From the NCBI GenBank assembly GCA_043228905.1, contig JBHGNT010000004.1, positions 992,001 through 1,056,000 on the forward strand: a stretch of 64,000 bases of DNA, in the 5' to 3' direction. Made by a program: the position numbers and the translations under genes. Each line of letters starts with the position of its first letter. Within the stretch, counting starts at the first letter, position 1. Shown here piece by piece: positions 1-11,290 of this stretch. The notes under the pieces are model-generated. The model was not told the DNA's origin. It did not search any database and worked only from the letters and a program-made list of their open reading frames with translations. The DNA is from Azolla caroliniana (Eukaryota > Plantae > Polypodiophyta).

Positions 1-199
1 CATGACACTAGGCACCAATCCAGATAGATCAGTCGGGCAGAACAAGTTAAAAGTCGACGCAGTTCGTGTTCAATTAAGCCAAATCAAATTCGGGTGAACC
101 AGCCAGTTGCACCCACTTACCAATAGTAGCCACTCCGGACATAACTTTTAGACCATCCATCTCACATAAAAAATAGCATCTATATTCGGCTCATTAGAA

Positions 200-1430
200 A
201 TGAGTTTCAAGAAGTTTGATCGATCGAACTTCAGTTACTTTTGGACGGAACAAATGCAAGATTATCTAATCGTGAAGGGTTAGATCGATCCGATTGAGAA
301 CGAAAATCCTCCTAGAGAGTATAATTTTTATTCCCAAGATCAAGCAATTTTGGAGTAAGTTGTTTTTATTGTTGAGACAACATTATTCTCGTTCTATTTT
401 GTGGTGGGGTGCAATATTATGGGGTGTCCATGGAGATTTTATGAAGTATGAAAATAGGCATGCTTCTCATGTTTTTCACTTTTCCCATGGACACCTCTAT
501 CTCATCTCATTTCCATCTTCTATTCGATGGTTTAGAATTGAAATTTTGGTTATTTGGTGTACTATTACGTCATCGCCTCTTTGGATAATATTGAAATTGA
601 GATGTGATGTTGTTTTTAATAATGCTCACATACATCTCCGGACCATGCTTATTGAATTTTGGTTGTTATTTGTCTATACACTACGTGGTCAATATGATGA
701 TCTACAGGGTTCAAATGATGTTCTATGGCAACGTCAAGTGGCCTTTAAGAAACGGTGGCAAGGGCTTCACTTATTTTCAGATACAACTAGTCTGAGGTGG
801 AATTATGCCATACCTTCTTTTTTGTTGCATAACTTATAGTTTTTGCTCCACTTTTTTCTTATATGATATCATCTGTTTGAGCAGATGTTGGTACTAGCCT
901 TTGTATCACAATAGAAGTGAGATGAAATGTTTCCTTCTATTTTCTCTTGTACATTTCTCAAGTAATATACTGAGGTGTTTCTTTCTTTCTTTTTTAAAAA
1001 TCCTCTAGAAGAGTACAAGCCGAATGAATGGATAAAATTAGATCGGCTAGCGCGCGCCACCATTCGTATGCACTTATCCGTATCATTCTATTACGTTGTG
1101 CAATTGTGTTCGACAACTTTTGAACTGTGGAAGACATTGTCGACAGTCGGACACTTATGAAAAGAAGGTGGCCACCACGAAAATATATCTAATTCGGTGA
1201 TTGTACAATATTCGGATGAAAGCATCCGATTCACTCCAAGCACATTTGAACAAGTAAGAAAGCATAAACTCCCAAATTTTGACTCAGGGGATGACGTTGA
1301 AGATGAGTTCAAAGCTCTTTTGCTAATGAGTAGTCTCCCCCCTTTGTGGGAACTTTTGTTACCACCGTGTGCAATGCATTGGTTGCAGCTGTCACGAGCT
1401 CAATTATGTCAGAAGATGCTCAAATGAAAT
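200..1430 (+). pseudogene. Degenerate Ty1/copia gag remnant, interrupted by an L1 fragment
   Basis: From ATG 200 reads MSFKKFDRSNFSYFWTEQMQDYLIVKG*IDPIENENPP. It resumes at ~996 with NPLEEYKPNEWIKLDRLARATIRMHLS..ELWKTLS..TYEKKVATTKIYLIR*LYNIRMK..VEDEFKALLLMSSLP. These are copia gag (UBN2/Retrotran_gag_2-like) motifs with stops and frameshifts; no pol follows. Confidence 0.8.
324..996 (+). mobile_element. 5'-truncated L1-type LINE (ORF2 C-terminus plus short 3' UTR)
   Basis: ORF 294..839 (FWSKLF..WWGAILWG..IWCTITSSPLWIILKLRC..EFWLLFV..RGQYD..RWNYAIP) aligns by eye with the C-terminus of LINE ORF2 at ~17560-18081 (FWCRIL..TWGAVFWG..VWQIVSSLSLWVLWKARC..SFWNLLV..KGEYD..RWNYVPP). Flanked by an imperfect ~21-bp duplication, aaaatcctcctagagagtataa (~303) / aaaatcctctagaagagtacaa (~997). 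Confidence 0.8.
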
Positions 1431-2642
1431 TGTTCATACACTTAGCATACATATTGTATGCAGATTATGCGGAGTATTCTACAAGTAGAATTAATAGTCA
1501 ATGTGTTTTAATTATCCACACAAAGTACACAATAATATAGAATAGATGAACGTTATGCAAGTCTTATGCTTATTCGAGCAATTGAAACATCAATAAATCA
1601 ATACATTATGTATGTGTTCACTTCACTATACATGTCCAACGTTAGATCTTCTTCTACTCACACATCCATAAGTATGCATCGAATGTAAGTTTTCTACTTA
1701 TATAGCACAAAAGGTTATTATGGAATAGGGCAAGTTTGTGCTTTGCTCCAACATTTTCATACGCCACGCACAATTTCAGGAAATACAAAGGTAACAGGTT
1801 AAAAAACTAACACACACATGGTGTTGGCCTTTGATATCCATAGTAATTCTTTTGTAGTGTAACTAGTTATGAGGTCCCCATAGGAATTCATTGGATTTGT
1901 TGGTTAGAATAAAGCAATCACAATAGGATTATGCCTTGGATGTTGGGAACTATGGTAACCTTATCGGTAACATGGTCGTGATAATGATCATTTAGTGTTA
2001 TTTATATTTCCAACTTCAAAGTTTTGGATTAGCATACTTGAAGGCTTGAATAATTTCTCGATGTTCAAAAGTTATGGATGTTTAACATGTAGAAGACAAT
2101 ATAACTAGATCAACTCTAAGGGAACTTTCACAAAGTTTTGTAACAATCATAAGTTGATACCATGTAGGACTCCACAAATTTTATGCATAAAAAATAAAGA
2201 GTAATAAATCATGGGAAAAACTCGATTGTTTGGAGCAATAAATATTTATTTCTAGCATAATATCATGATTTCTACATGACAATCGCATTATCTATAATTT
2301 GGGAGTAATATGCATGATGTTAGTTGATAAACCATACTTGTCACATGATTATGCCATTTTACCATTTTCACCTATATTAGATGGTTCTAGCCTCTAGGTA
2401 TCCATGCTCATGGTTACAAGTTACAACCATCTATCTCTATTTTGTTTGTAGTTGACATACACCTCACAAACTTGTTTTTAGAATTAGAAACTAAGGTGCG
2501 CCAAACCTTCAATTCCAACAAATTGGCATCCAAAGATCCAAGTAGAGCTACAAATATATGATACCAAAACATATATTGTTATGATTTGATGCATGCAACC
2601 TAGACCTTGTGTCCACATTTATATTCATTATCACAACCAATT

Positions 2643-3882
2643 ATAGGCCTAGTTTTAGCTCAAACTAAAGAACCGAACAATTAAGCCATGGTTTATCGGT
2701 TCGAATATAATTAAATGGTTTGGTTCTAAAACTCGGGTTTATCAATTTATAGGTTTAAGTGGTTGGGTTTATTGGTTAACTTTTTTATTTCCCAATGGTT
2801 TATTGATTTAGTGGTTTAAGTAATGTTTTCTTGTTTGTTGATTTAGTTAATTTAACTTAAATGCTTATTTTTTTAAAATTTGTTTATTTAATTTTTTAAT
2901 TAATTTGACGTTGTCCTGAGGATTATGAGGAAGGGGAGAAAATCTTGCCTACCGCGTGTGAACGAGGGTGTGCACGGGTGCACACAAAGAGGAGTCTTGT
3001 ATAAAAACAAATGTAAATATTAAGCAATAATAAGTACAAAACATGAGTATATACTAGGTACTTTATGATCGCGCGGATAAAGGGGAATAAAGGTGGGTGA
3101 TGGCACAAAATTATGGGGAGGGTCTCTGATCGAAACGATTGTCCTAACAACCTAATGTAACACTGACCCTCCCACTCCTTGAGCTATAAAAGGGAGGGAG
3201 GGAAGGGAGTCTATTTTCAGGGTCCATCATTTTGGAGGGAGAAATGTTGCGGGTTTTACTATTGAAGCATCCGCTCTCTGCTATGTGTATTCGGCTAGGT
3301 GCTGGTGAGGCCTCTACTCGTGTAGGAAGCTCGTGTGCTCCCGACCAGAGGCTCATCGATTCTGTGGAAGTGTTTGTGGAGCTCGAAGCTCTGTCACCAG
3401 CTGAGTCCAGTTTATTTTTTCCTGTTTTATTTGTTAGTGGAATATTTGGAATCTCTGTGTGTGTGTGTGTTGGTCCGCATTCTCGTCTCTGTTTTTGTCC
3501 GCTTTCACGTATTTACTTGAGTCTCCGAGCCTTTGTGCTCATCTTCCAAAATCCGGCGACAGGCCCGGATTGGATACACGTTTGCGAGCCCATGCGCTTC
3601 ATCAAGATCTCTGGCAACCGAACCAGATAGTCATTACAAGATTGTGGGCCCTCTCAAGCTCCTTAGTCCAAGGCCCTGGTGGTCTCGCCCGATCCAACAC
3701 GCACACACAGATATCCGGGTCAACGTAAATTTGAGTAAATGGCTTGGTTTGGTTTCAACTTTTCTCGAAATGGTTTGGTTTAAGTGGCTTCAAAGTTCAT
3801 AAACTATTTGGTTTGGTTTCTATTTTCTATAAATGTTTTGGTTTGGTTTCAAGCGAAAGGAACCAAACTAAGCCCACATCTA
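2643..3882. mobile_element. Probable hAT-like non-autonomous element (GGTTT/AAACC-rich), split by a solo LTR
   Basis: Clusters of tggtttggtt / aaccgaac / aaccaaac motifs at 2660-2850 and 3730-3870, ending gcccacatcta. TIR and TSD are not cleanly resolved. Confidence 0.4.
2906..3727 (+). mobile_element. Solo LTR (~820 bp)
   Basis: Begins TGACGTTG and ends CAACGT(-)A, an imperfect terminal inverted repeat. Flanked by AATT on both sides (2902-2905, 3728-3731). TATA box ctataaaaggg at ~3185. More GC-rich than its flanks. Confidence 0.7.
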
Positions 3883-5499
3883 GTCGCAACAATATTACAT
3901 ACCCCTTGAACGAATGAAGGTACATAATTAATTTCAAATCCATGAGTGAGAATGTTTGATTTAAATAACTGAACTACTATAATAAGTCTGGAGTCGGAAA
4001 GCTCTTATATCATATAGGAATGCCACATGGTTGCCCTAATTTAGGCCCATAAAATCTTGCAAAATCTTATGACTTGTCTTCTCGTGGTCATGGGGATCAT
4101 CTGAGTATGTTATGAACCTAGTGCCCACGATTGCGATTGTCTTGCTAGTATAATCTTATCATTGGACAGTAATAGATCTCCAGTATTTTCCATGTTTTTA
4201 GGATGTACCATGTAGATTGGGGATATCTAGTATGAGAAAGGGAAGTTAATCTTGTGCGAGAAAATGCAAAACCCTAATCTATTTCAATCAAGACTCTACC
4301 ATTAAGAAGCAGGATGCCATCTCGCAACCTCTCCTTCAAACCAAGATGCATTATCTCATGTACCTTACACAAACTCAACGAGAATCCCCTCCTGGAATAA
4401 AAGTATATGCTTAATATATGTTTTCCTAGGGTTAAATCACACTACTTGTGATGTAATTTCTTGTTAGTCCTAGGGGTTAGTTGTGACAAAGAATATGCTT
4501 TCATTGTTATCCTTTGAAACTCCATGAGTAACATGACATTTCCATTAGAATCTCACCTTAGAGAGAACTTACAATGTGAGTACAATATTGGCTTTACATG
4601 AAATATGTATCACCTCGGCCATTGTGACTTATACTCATAAACGATATTTATATTATACTTACAAACAATATATACATCATGACATATATAAACTACATCC
4701 AATTGTCATGCCAACTTAGATGCATGTCAATATGTGTCTCATGAAAGTCACATATATATAACTAATAGAACGCTTTCTAAATCTAATTAAGGTGTTATTT
4801 AAGAGTGGATTCCATAGGTTCAAATATTGTGGCTACTATAAAACATAACATAAACATGTATGTATAGTACATATAAGCAAACATCTTGATCAATTGCATG
4901 TTGTAGCAAGTTTTAAACAATACATTTCAAAAAGTAATTAGTCAATGTCATACATAAAATAATGTCTCAAAGTCTACAAAAAGAAGAAGCCAACAAGCTT
5001 GTAACAAAATTCGCATGCAAAAATTCCAAGATACATACATGCAAAAATAACATTAGTGTAAACAAAATATACCACAACATATGACAAGTTGCTCACTATT
5101 GGCTTTAGGGGGCTTGCATGTGTGCACATGGAGAGGCGAGCATATGTAGAGTTCAGATATATATATATACATATATATTATACATGTGCAAACATATCTT
5201 AGACCAATGTTTAGCACCCACGTAGTCTATTTAATACGTATGAGAAGAAATGAAGGAAGACAATATGCGTGTAATGTGTGTGTCTACAATGCAAAAAAAT
5301 AAACCTAAAAGTACCACTATGGATGCTTAAACCTATTAGGGGGGTTAAAATAGGCCAAATTAGGGGCAATGAGGTAACCCGAAAAAATAATCGCCTAGGA
5401 ATGTGAATTACCAAAGGTTGTAAAGATGGAGAGGAGGAAATGTAGCTAGTTATGTGTTAAAAGAAGGAGAAATTGAGTGGTCAAAAGGCATCCAATCCA

Positions 5500-6021
5500 T
5501 CACAAAGTACAAGACCATTTGAGCTTGCCCTTCTTGTTGGTAATGTAGGGATTGAGATCGAGCTGATTGGCGTGGAGTTGACCATGGCGGTCGGGGCAAT
5601 CGGCATTGAGGAACACCGCCTTGTCCACTCTTGTGATCGTGCCATTGACCTCAGAGTCCAAGCCATTGAAGTTGACCAACTCTATGTTGCGACAGTAGTG
5701 TGAGAAGTCGCAATAGATGGCCAAGAGGGGGAAGTAGGAGTTGGCGCAGTTGAGCACGACTTGGAGCCGGCCATTGAAGTTGACCACGCGGCGATCAAGG
5801 TTGAAGCGGCCATTGACCCTAAAGCGAGTCATGGAGCCGTCGGTGGCGCAAGTGGCATTGAGGGACTTGTGGTCGGGGAGGAGGTGGATGTCATGGCAAG
5901 TGTCAGCAAAGTGGCCATTGTCTCTCCGAGTGCATGGGATCTCGGGGATGGGTGGCGCGGCACGTGAAGAGGTGGTGGTGGTTACAAGGATGGTCACCAA
6001 TATGAACACTAACTTGGTCAT
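5500..6021 (-). CDS. Secreted cyanovirin-N homolog (CVNH) lectin, copy 1, 173 aa, intronless
   Basis: Hydrophobic signal peptide MTKLVFILVTILVTTTTSSRA. Two CVNH half-repeats: GHFADTCHDIHL..LNATC..FNLDRRVVNFNGRLQ and DFSHYCRNIEL..LNADC..QLDLNPYITNKKGKLKW, matching the FxxS/TCxxIxL..LxAxC..I/LDLNxxIxNxxGxLxW pattern. Upstream TATA (tataaa on - strand, ~6095). Confidence 0.9.
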   Translation of the reverse strand: MTKLVFILVTILVTTTTSSRAAPPIPEIPCTRRDNGHFADTCHDIHLLPDHKSLNATCATDGSMTRFRVNGRFNLDRRVVNFNGRLQVVLNCANSYFPLLAIYCDFSHYCRNIELVNFNGLDSEVNGTITRVDKAVFLNADCPDRHGQLHANQLDLNPYITNKKGKLKWSCTL

Positions 6022-6037
6022 GACTAAAGGAAGTGAA

Positions 6038-6041
<4 letters not shown>

Positions 6042-6077
<36 letters not shown>
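6042..6077. repeat. (CT)n/(GA)n microsatellite in the 5' UTR of CVNH copy 1
   Basis: Perfect dinucleotide run between the TATA box and the ATG. Confidence 0.95.
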
Positions 6078-6081
<4 letters not shown>

Positions 6082-7070
6082 TGCCTCTCTTTATAGGATA
6101 TGGGTGGGTAATGGCTGCCACGTCATGCCCATCCCAAAGGCTATATTGGGATGGGCTATTTTGTTCCCAATGGCCATATTTTTAGCTCGTTCTATTATTG
6201 TTGCTAACGTTTTGGGATTATAAAAAGGAAGGGGCAATTTCTTAATTAAGCAAACAAAGCAAGTGACAATCTCATAATTAAGTAGAGAAGAGAGGGGCAA
6301 TTTTATAATTAATTTTATAGCGATGGCCCGCAACAGGACGATAGCTATTGCTCGTTTATAAATTATAATGGAGAAGAAATATGTGGTAAATTATGGTGTG
6401 TAAATACAGATTTGAAGCTCATATTACAACATCTGATTCCCAGCTCTTCCATCTGCAATCCCATTGTAGGGGACTTGCATCATGAACGGCACACACATCG
6501 CTCACAACATTATTCAAAACAATTCTAAAACTTGTGCAGGAATTTCCAATCATCTGAAATTTAATAGCCATGAAACTCTGGTGTAATTTATGAAGTTTAA
6601 GCATATAATCATTGCTCATAACGATCACGTTCATGTTTGTGGTGTTCTTCATGATTATCTCTTGAAGTCGAATGGCCTTACAGACACAATGTTTCGATTA
6701 CTCTTGTATTACCTTGCAACAATCAAGATAGCTTTAGATCCGATTGCTCACTTTGAGAATAGTGTTAGATTGTTGAGCTGCATTCTAATCCGAAGCTTTA
6801 AGAACTTGATGGTTGCAAGATGGATTGGATGAAATGCATGCCTCCATTACAAGGAGAATGTCACCTATGTTCCATTAAAGGTGCAGAATTTTTGAGGTGT
6901 GATTAGCCATATGCTTGAAACATAAGAATTTCTAATACCAAGTGTAAAGATATTGATTGTGTTCTAAGGACACTCAATACTAATTAGTTTACGGATATAG
7001 AGAGTTGCATGGATATCCACAACATTCCATACTCTACTTGCATATTGCCCCACATTTCGGCCACATCAAT

Positions 7071-7981
7071 AGCTTATTCTCAATACCTAAAGCATTCAAT
7101 TTGTTTGATTACCATTCGCATGTGCCTTTCAAGATTAGTCCATTGGCCTTAATATAGTGATATGGCGAATTTGACCCATAATAATATCCAACTTGTTGAT
7201 GATTTTACATCACAACCTTGTGGGTCAAACATATATAATTACGAGGGGGTTAGTGTAGTGAAAATGCTCATGGAGAAGAGATTGATCATTAATCTCCAGC
7301 TTATTCTCAATACCTAAAGCATTCAATTTGTTTGATTACCATTCACATGTGCCTTTCAAGATTAGTCCATTGGCCTTAATATAGTGATATGGCGAATTTG
7401 ACCCATGATAATATCCAACTTGTTGATGATTTTACATCACAACCTTGTGGGTCAAACATATATAATTACGAGGGGGTTAGTGTAGTGAAAATGTTCATGG
7501 AGAAGAGATTGATCATTAATCTCCAGCTTATTCTCAATACCTAAAGCATTCAATTTGTTTGATTACCATTCACATGTGCCTTTCAAGATTAGTCCATTGG
7601 CCTTAATATAGTGATATGGCGAATTTGACCCATGATAATATCCAATTTGTTGATGATTTTACATCACAACCTTGTGGGTCAAACATATATAATTACGAGG
7701 GGGTTAGTGTAGTGAAAATGCTCATGGAGAAGAGATTGATCATTAATCTCCAGCTTATTCTCAATACCTAAAGCATTCAATTTGTTTGATTACCATTCGC
7801 ATGTGCCTTTCAAGATTAGTCCATTGGCCTTAATATAGTGATATAGCGAATTTGACCCATGATAATATCCAACTTGTTGATGATTTTACATCACAACCTT
7901 GTGGGTCAAACATATATAATTACGAGGGGGTTAGTATAGTGAAAATGCTCATGGAGAAGAGATTGATCATTAATCTCCAGC
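7071..7981. repeat. Tandem array, 4 x 227 bp, near-identical
   Basis: Units begin agcttattctcaatacc at 7071, 7298, 7525 and 7752, with terminal AGC at 7979-7981. Only a few substitutions between units. Confidence 0.97.
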
Positions 7982-8567
7982 AAATGGAATGGCTTTAAGT
8001 GCTAAACATGTACATTGAAACCAGTTCAAAGTGTCAATCTTCTTTCATCTTGAGGATGAAAGAAGATCAAGTATATATAAGTTGTATAGATGCAATACAT
8101 CACTAAATCTATATTAGGACAGGCACGTGTGGATGGTGGTATTTCAAATTAGATCACTTCTTAGCATTGTTGATCTTGCCATGTGTACTACTAGGTGATT
8201 AGAGCACATAAATTAGTTACAGATGCCCTGATCATAAACATGATTTTCGCCATTGCAAAGAGTTCTTGCATAACTAAAAAGCTACTTATGTAACAATTAC
8301 AAATTTACGCAATACACCCAACATTAAACGACTCATGTATAGATGGTACTTAATGATGTAAAATAACATTATATTCAATTTTTCTTACTTGTTAGGCTAA
8401 ATCATATAAGGGTTGATGTCACGCCCTTTAGAAGCTCTTCAATTAATGAATGTCAACAAGAAGGAAATCCTATTCTCCTACTAGTTAATGTATACTAAAT
8501 ATCTAATAATAATGAACTCTAATGCCCAACTTGAATGTTATGGATCAACTCAAATGAGCATACATAT

Positions 8568-8681
8568 TTAGAACACACTTGAGCTAATTAGTATATGATT
8601 ACTGTTTATATTAGAACACACTTGACCTAATTAGTATATGATTACTGTTTATATTAGAACACACTTGAGCTAATTAGTATA
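8568..8681. repeat. Minisatellite, ~2.7 x 43 bp, downstream of CVNH copy 2
   Basis: ttagaacacacttgagctaattagtatat starts at 8568, 8611 and 8654. Confidence 0.9.
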
Positions 8682-8736
8682 TAATTGGTAGAAAATGGAG
8701 AGATATTAGAAGCATCACTAAGGTATCAGGGATTAG

Positions 8737-9279
8737 TTAGAGCCGACAAGACCATTTGAGCGTGCCCTTGTCGTTGGTGACGTACGGATTAAGATCGAGT
8801 TGATTGGAGTGGAATTGTCCATGGGGATCGGGGCAGTCGGCTCGGAGAAAGACGGGGTTGGAGGTTGCATTCGTGAGCTTTTCATTTGCATTAATCGGTG
8901 TGTCGACGACCTCCAAGGTTATGTTGCGGCATTCACGTGAGAAGGTGCAGTCCACATTCCAGAAGGGGAGGGCAATGGGGGCGCAGTAGAGCACGACTAG
9001 GAGTTGACCCCGATGGTTGAGCACACGTTGGTCGAGGTTGAAGTTGTCGTTGACCTTGAATTTGCCCATGGACCCATCAGTTGCACACGAGGCATTGAGA
9101 GTCTTGTGGTCGGGGAGGAGTTGGATATCTCGGCAAGTGTCGGAGAATTGGCCCTTGACCCTCTTGTCACAAGGGCTATACACATGTTTGGAGGCGCGGG
9201 CAAACAATGTCATGGACATAGCTAGCACTAGGGCTAGACCTAATTTCACGTGGACATGTGGGGACATTCTCACCATCAT
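8737..9279 (-). CDS. Secreted CVNH lectin, copy 2, ~180 aa, intronless
   Basis: First ATG at 9279 (the ORF track start at 9285 is TTG). Signal-like LGLALVLAMSMTLFARA, then GQFSDTCRDIQLLPDHKTLNASC..FNLDQRVLNHRGQL..TFSRECRNITL..FLRADCPD..NQLDLNPYVTNDKGTLKWSC. Clear paralog of copy 1. Confidence 0.9.
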   Translation of the reverse strand: MMVRMSPHVHVKLGLALVLAMSMTLFARASKHVYSPCDKRVKGQFSDTCRDIQLLPDHKTLNASCATDGSMGKFKVNDNFNLDQRVLNHRGQLLVVLYCAPIALPFWNVDCTFSRECRNITLEVVDTPINANEKLTNATSNPVFLRADCPDPHGQFHSNQLDLNPYVTNDKGTLKWSCRL

Positions 9280-10386
9280 TATCAATTTGGTTCTCTTTTA
9301 GTGTGAACTCCCTCTCTCACCTATTGCAAGAATGTTTTTACACTTCTTCTTCTTCTTCTTCTTCATATTTATAAGGTTTCCTAGCTTTTTTTTTGCGCTT
9401 TGCTTTTTTTTCGTTTCCTTTTATTTATTTATTAATAGTCATTTTCTTTAATTATTTTCACTCCATCAAATTTCAATATTCAAACTTTTTTTCGAATCAT
9501 CTATAATATTCACTTATTAAATTCTTAGGAGTGCAATTTGCCATGCTTTTATTATTTTTATAATTTCTTTATATATATAATTCTGCAAAATGTTTATTTA
9601 CTCACGCAATATTATTATTGCTGTTATTATGAGAAAAGTGTTTTCTTTCTTTATTCTTTATTTATTAAATTGTGAATATTATCATCAGCTTAGAGCTAGG
9701 TGCTTTTTTTTGTCTTTAAATCTCTTTGGGTGTTGCATTAGTGCAACAAATATCATGTTAACCCTTGGCCCGTCACAAAGCATTACACTCCTTTGTGTAT
9801 ACGTCTAAACCTATTGGTCACATTAAATCACTACATCATTGTGTTCACTGTTCATACCATGTTTAAACTTAAGATCTGGATCACAAAGTACTACATTATG
9901 TTTATATGTTTCAATTTTGTCGAAATCTCTATTATTGAATCCAAAGTAACCTAGTTCGCTTGTGGACATGCGAAAAAGTTTCGTATCTATCAGTCTATAT
10001 GTATATCTATCCATATATAATATATATCAAGACTTTGCACATTATGCATTAATTGTTTTTGCATTTATTGTCTATTAATTGTGTGATTTCATTCTCTCAT
10101 TGCAATCTTTCATTTTTAGAAGTCAATTTTGAGAATTAGTGAAATAGGTGTGTTTAACCAATATACATATAGGGTATCCTATTCTATTCTAAATTATCTC
10201 TCTTTCAGTTATTGTCATTTGGTATTCTCTCTCTCTCTCTCATTAGCATACCCTGTTGCTAAGTTGTTAGCTAGGGCACTACAACCCACTACGTCTTGGG
10301 TTTGGACTACGTCTTGGGTTCCAAACCCAATTTTACTCACCTCTCTATTACTCCATACATATCTCTTAATTCACTAGTTGCCATTG

Positions 10387-10459
10387 TGGAATGTCAGGGT
10401 TGAACACATGACCACATGGTCTCCATTGGTCAACCTTACCAACTGAGCTACATCCATCC
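10387..10459 (-). mobile_element. tRNA-derived (SINE-head-like) sequence with Pol III A and B boxes
   Basis: Minus strand reads ggatgTAGCTCAGTTGGtaagg..gtGTTCAACCCtg. A box at 10439-10450, B box at 10397-10405. No intact cloverleaf. Confidence 0.55.
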
Positions 10460-10676
10460 AAGCAAATATATTTAACATGCATGTCCAATTTAATAAAAGT
10501 AAGATTAAAGACATAACCGCGAGGCACTATACTATTTACCTCAATGTAATTTAGTTGAATTGAGTGGTCTACATCGACTTGCCATTTTGATTTTCAATGT
10601 ACAAATTTTCTTTCTTTGTTCCAAAGTACATTGACTTGAATAGGTATTAATTAAGAACTAGCAATAGGGTAGGCAA

Positions 10677-11290
10677 TGGTCTAGTCCTACATCACGACCT
10701 TTATGAGGGGGTATAGATTCGGCCAAGACTAAAATACACACTTGTCATTGCACACCTTGAGCTAACATAAGAGGGTTTCTTCCTACCAATCAACCTCATA
10801 TATTGCCTCTGAATCAAAATGTCATTTATCTTATTTTCCCACAAAGCGAAGCAAGTCCCATCTAATTTGTAAACCTTCATACTTCCTCTTCCTTAAGTTG
10901 TGTGAAGTGTCACTTCATGAAACATTTGTCAATATGGCAATGATCTTCCTATGATTGGAAACCATTCCCCATTGAACTATTGTCATAGGGCTACACGATG
11001 GTCCAGTCTTACATCATGACCTTTGTGGGGAGTTATAAATTCGGCCAAGACTAACCTACACATTTGATGTTGTACACCTTCAACCAACATAGGAGGGTCG
11101 CTCCCTACTAATCAACCTCCTCTAATAATGTGAATCAATTGAAAAATCTCATTCTTCCCCAAAGAAACGCTCAACTTGTCTAATCTCTCAATCTTGGCAC
11201 CTCCTCTTCCTTTAGGTGTGTTAAGTGTAGTTAGTGAAACATTTGTCAGCTTGTCAACAATCTTCGTGTGATTAGGCTTGATCGTCAATT
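10677..11290. repeat. Old head-to-tail duplication, ~2 x 321 bp, diverged
   Basis: atggtc.agtc.tacatca.gaccttt..ttcggccaagactaa..aatcaacctc..gaaacatttgtca occurs at 10677 and 10998. Confidence 0.8.

Noticed and set aside
3232-3802. Several 60-130-aa ORFs
   Set aside because: They lie inside a solo LTR; chance ORFs in GC-richer sequence.
5741-6223. 160-aa plus-strand ORF (also 5473..5703 and 9004..9301)
   Set aside because: Antisense shadows of the GC3-rich CVNH genes; one runs through a microsatellite.
7071-7981. CRISPR-like array
   Set aside because: Whole units repeat with no unique spacers, the context is eukaryotic and there are no cas genes.
10387-10459. Functional tRNA gene (also 20440-20515)
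   Set aside because: A and B boxes are present but the acceptor and anticodon stems do not form a proper cloverleaf.
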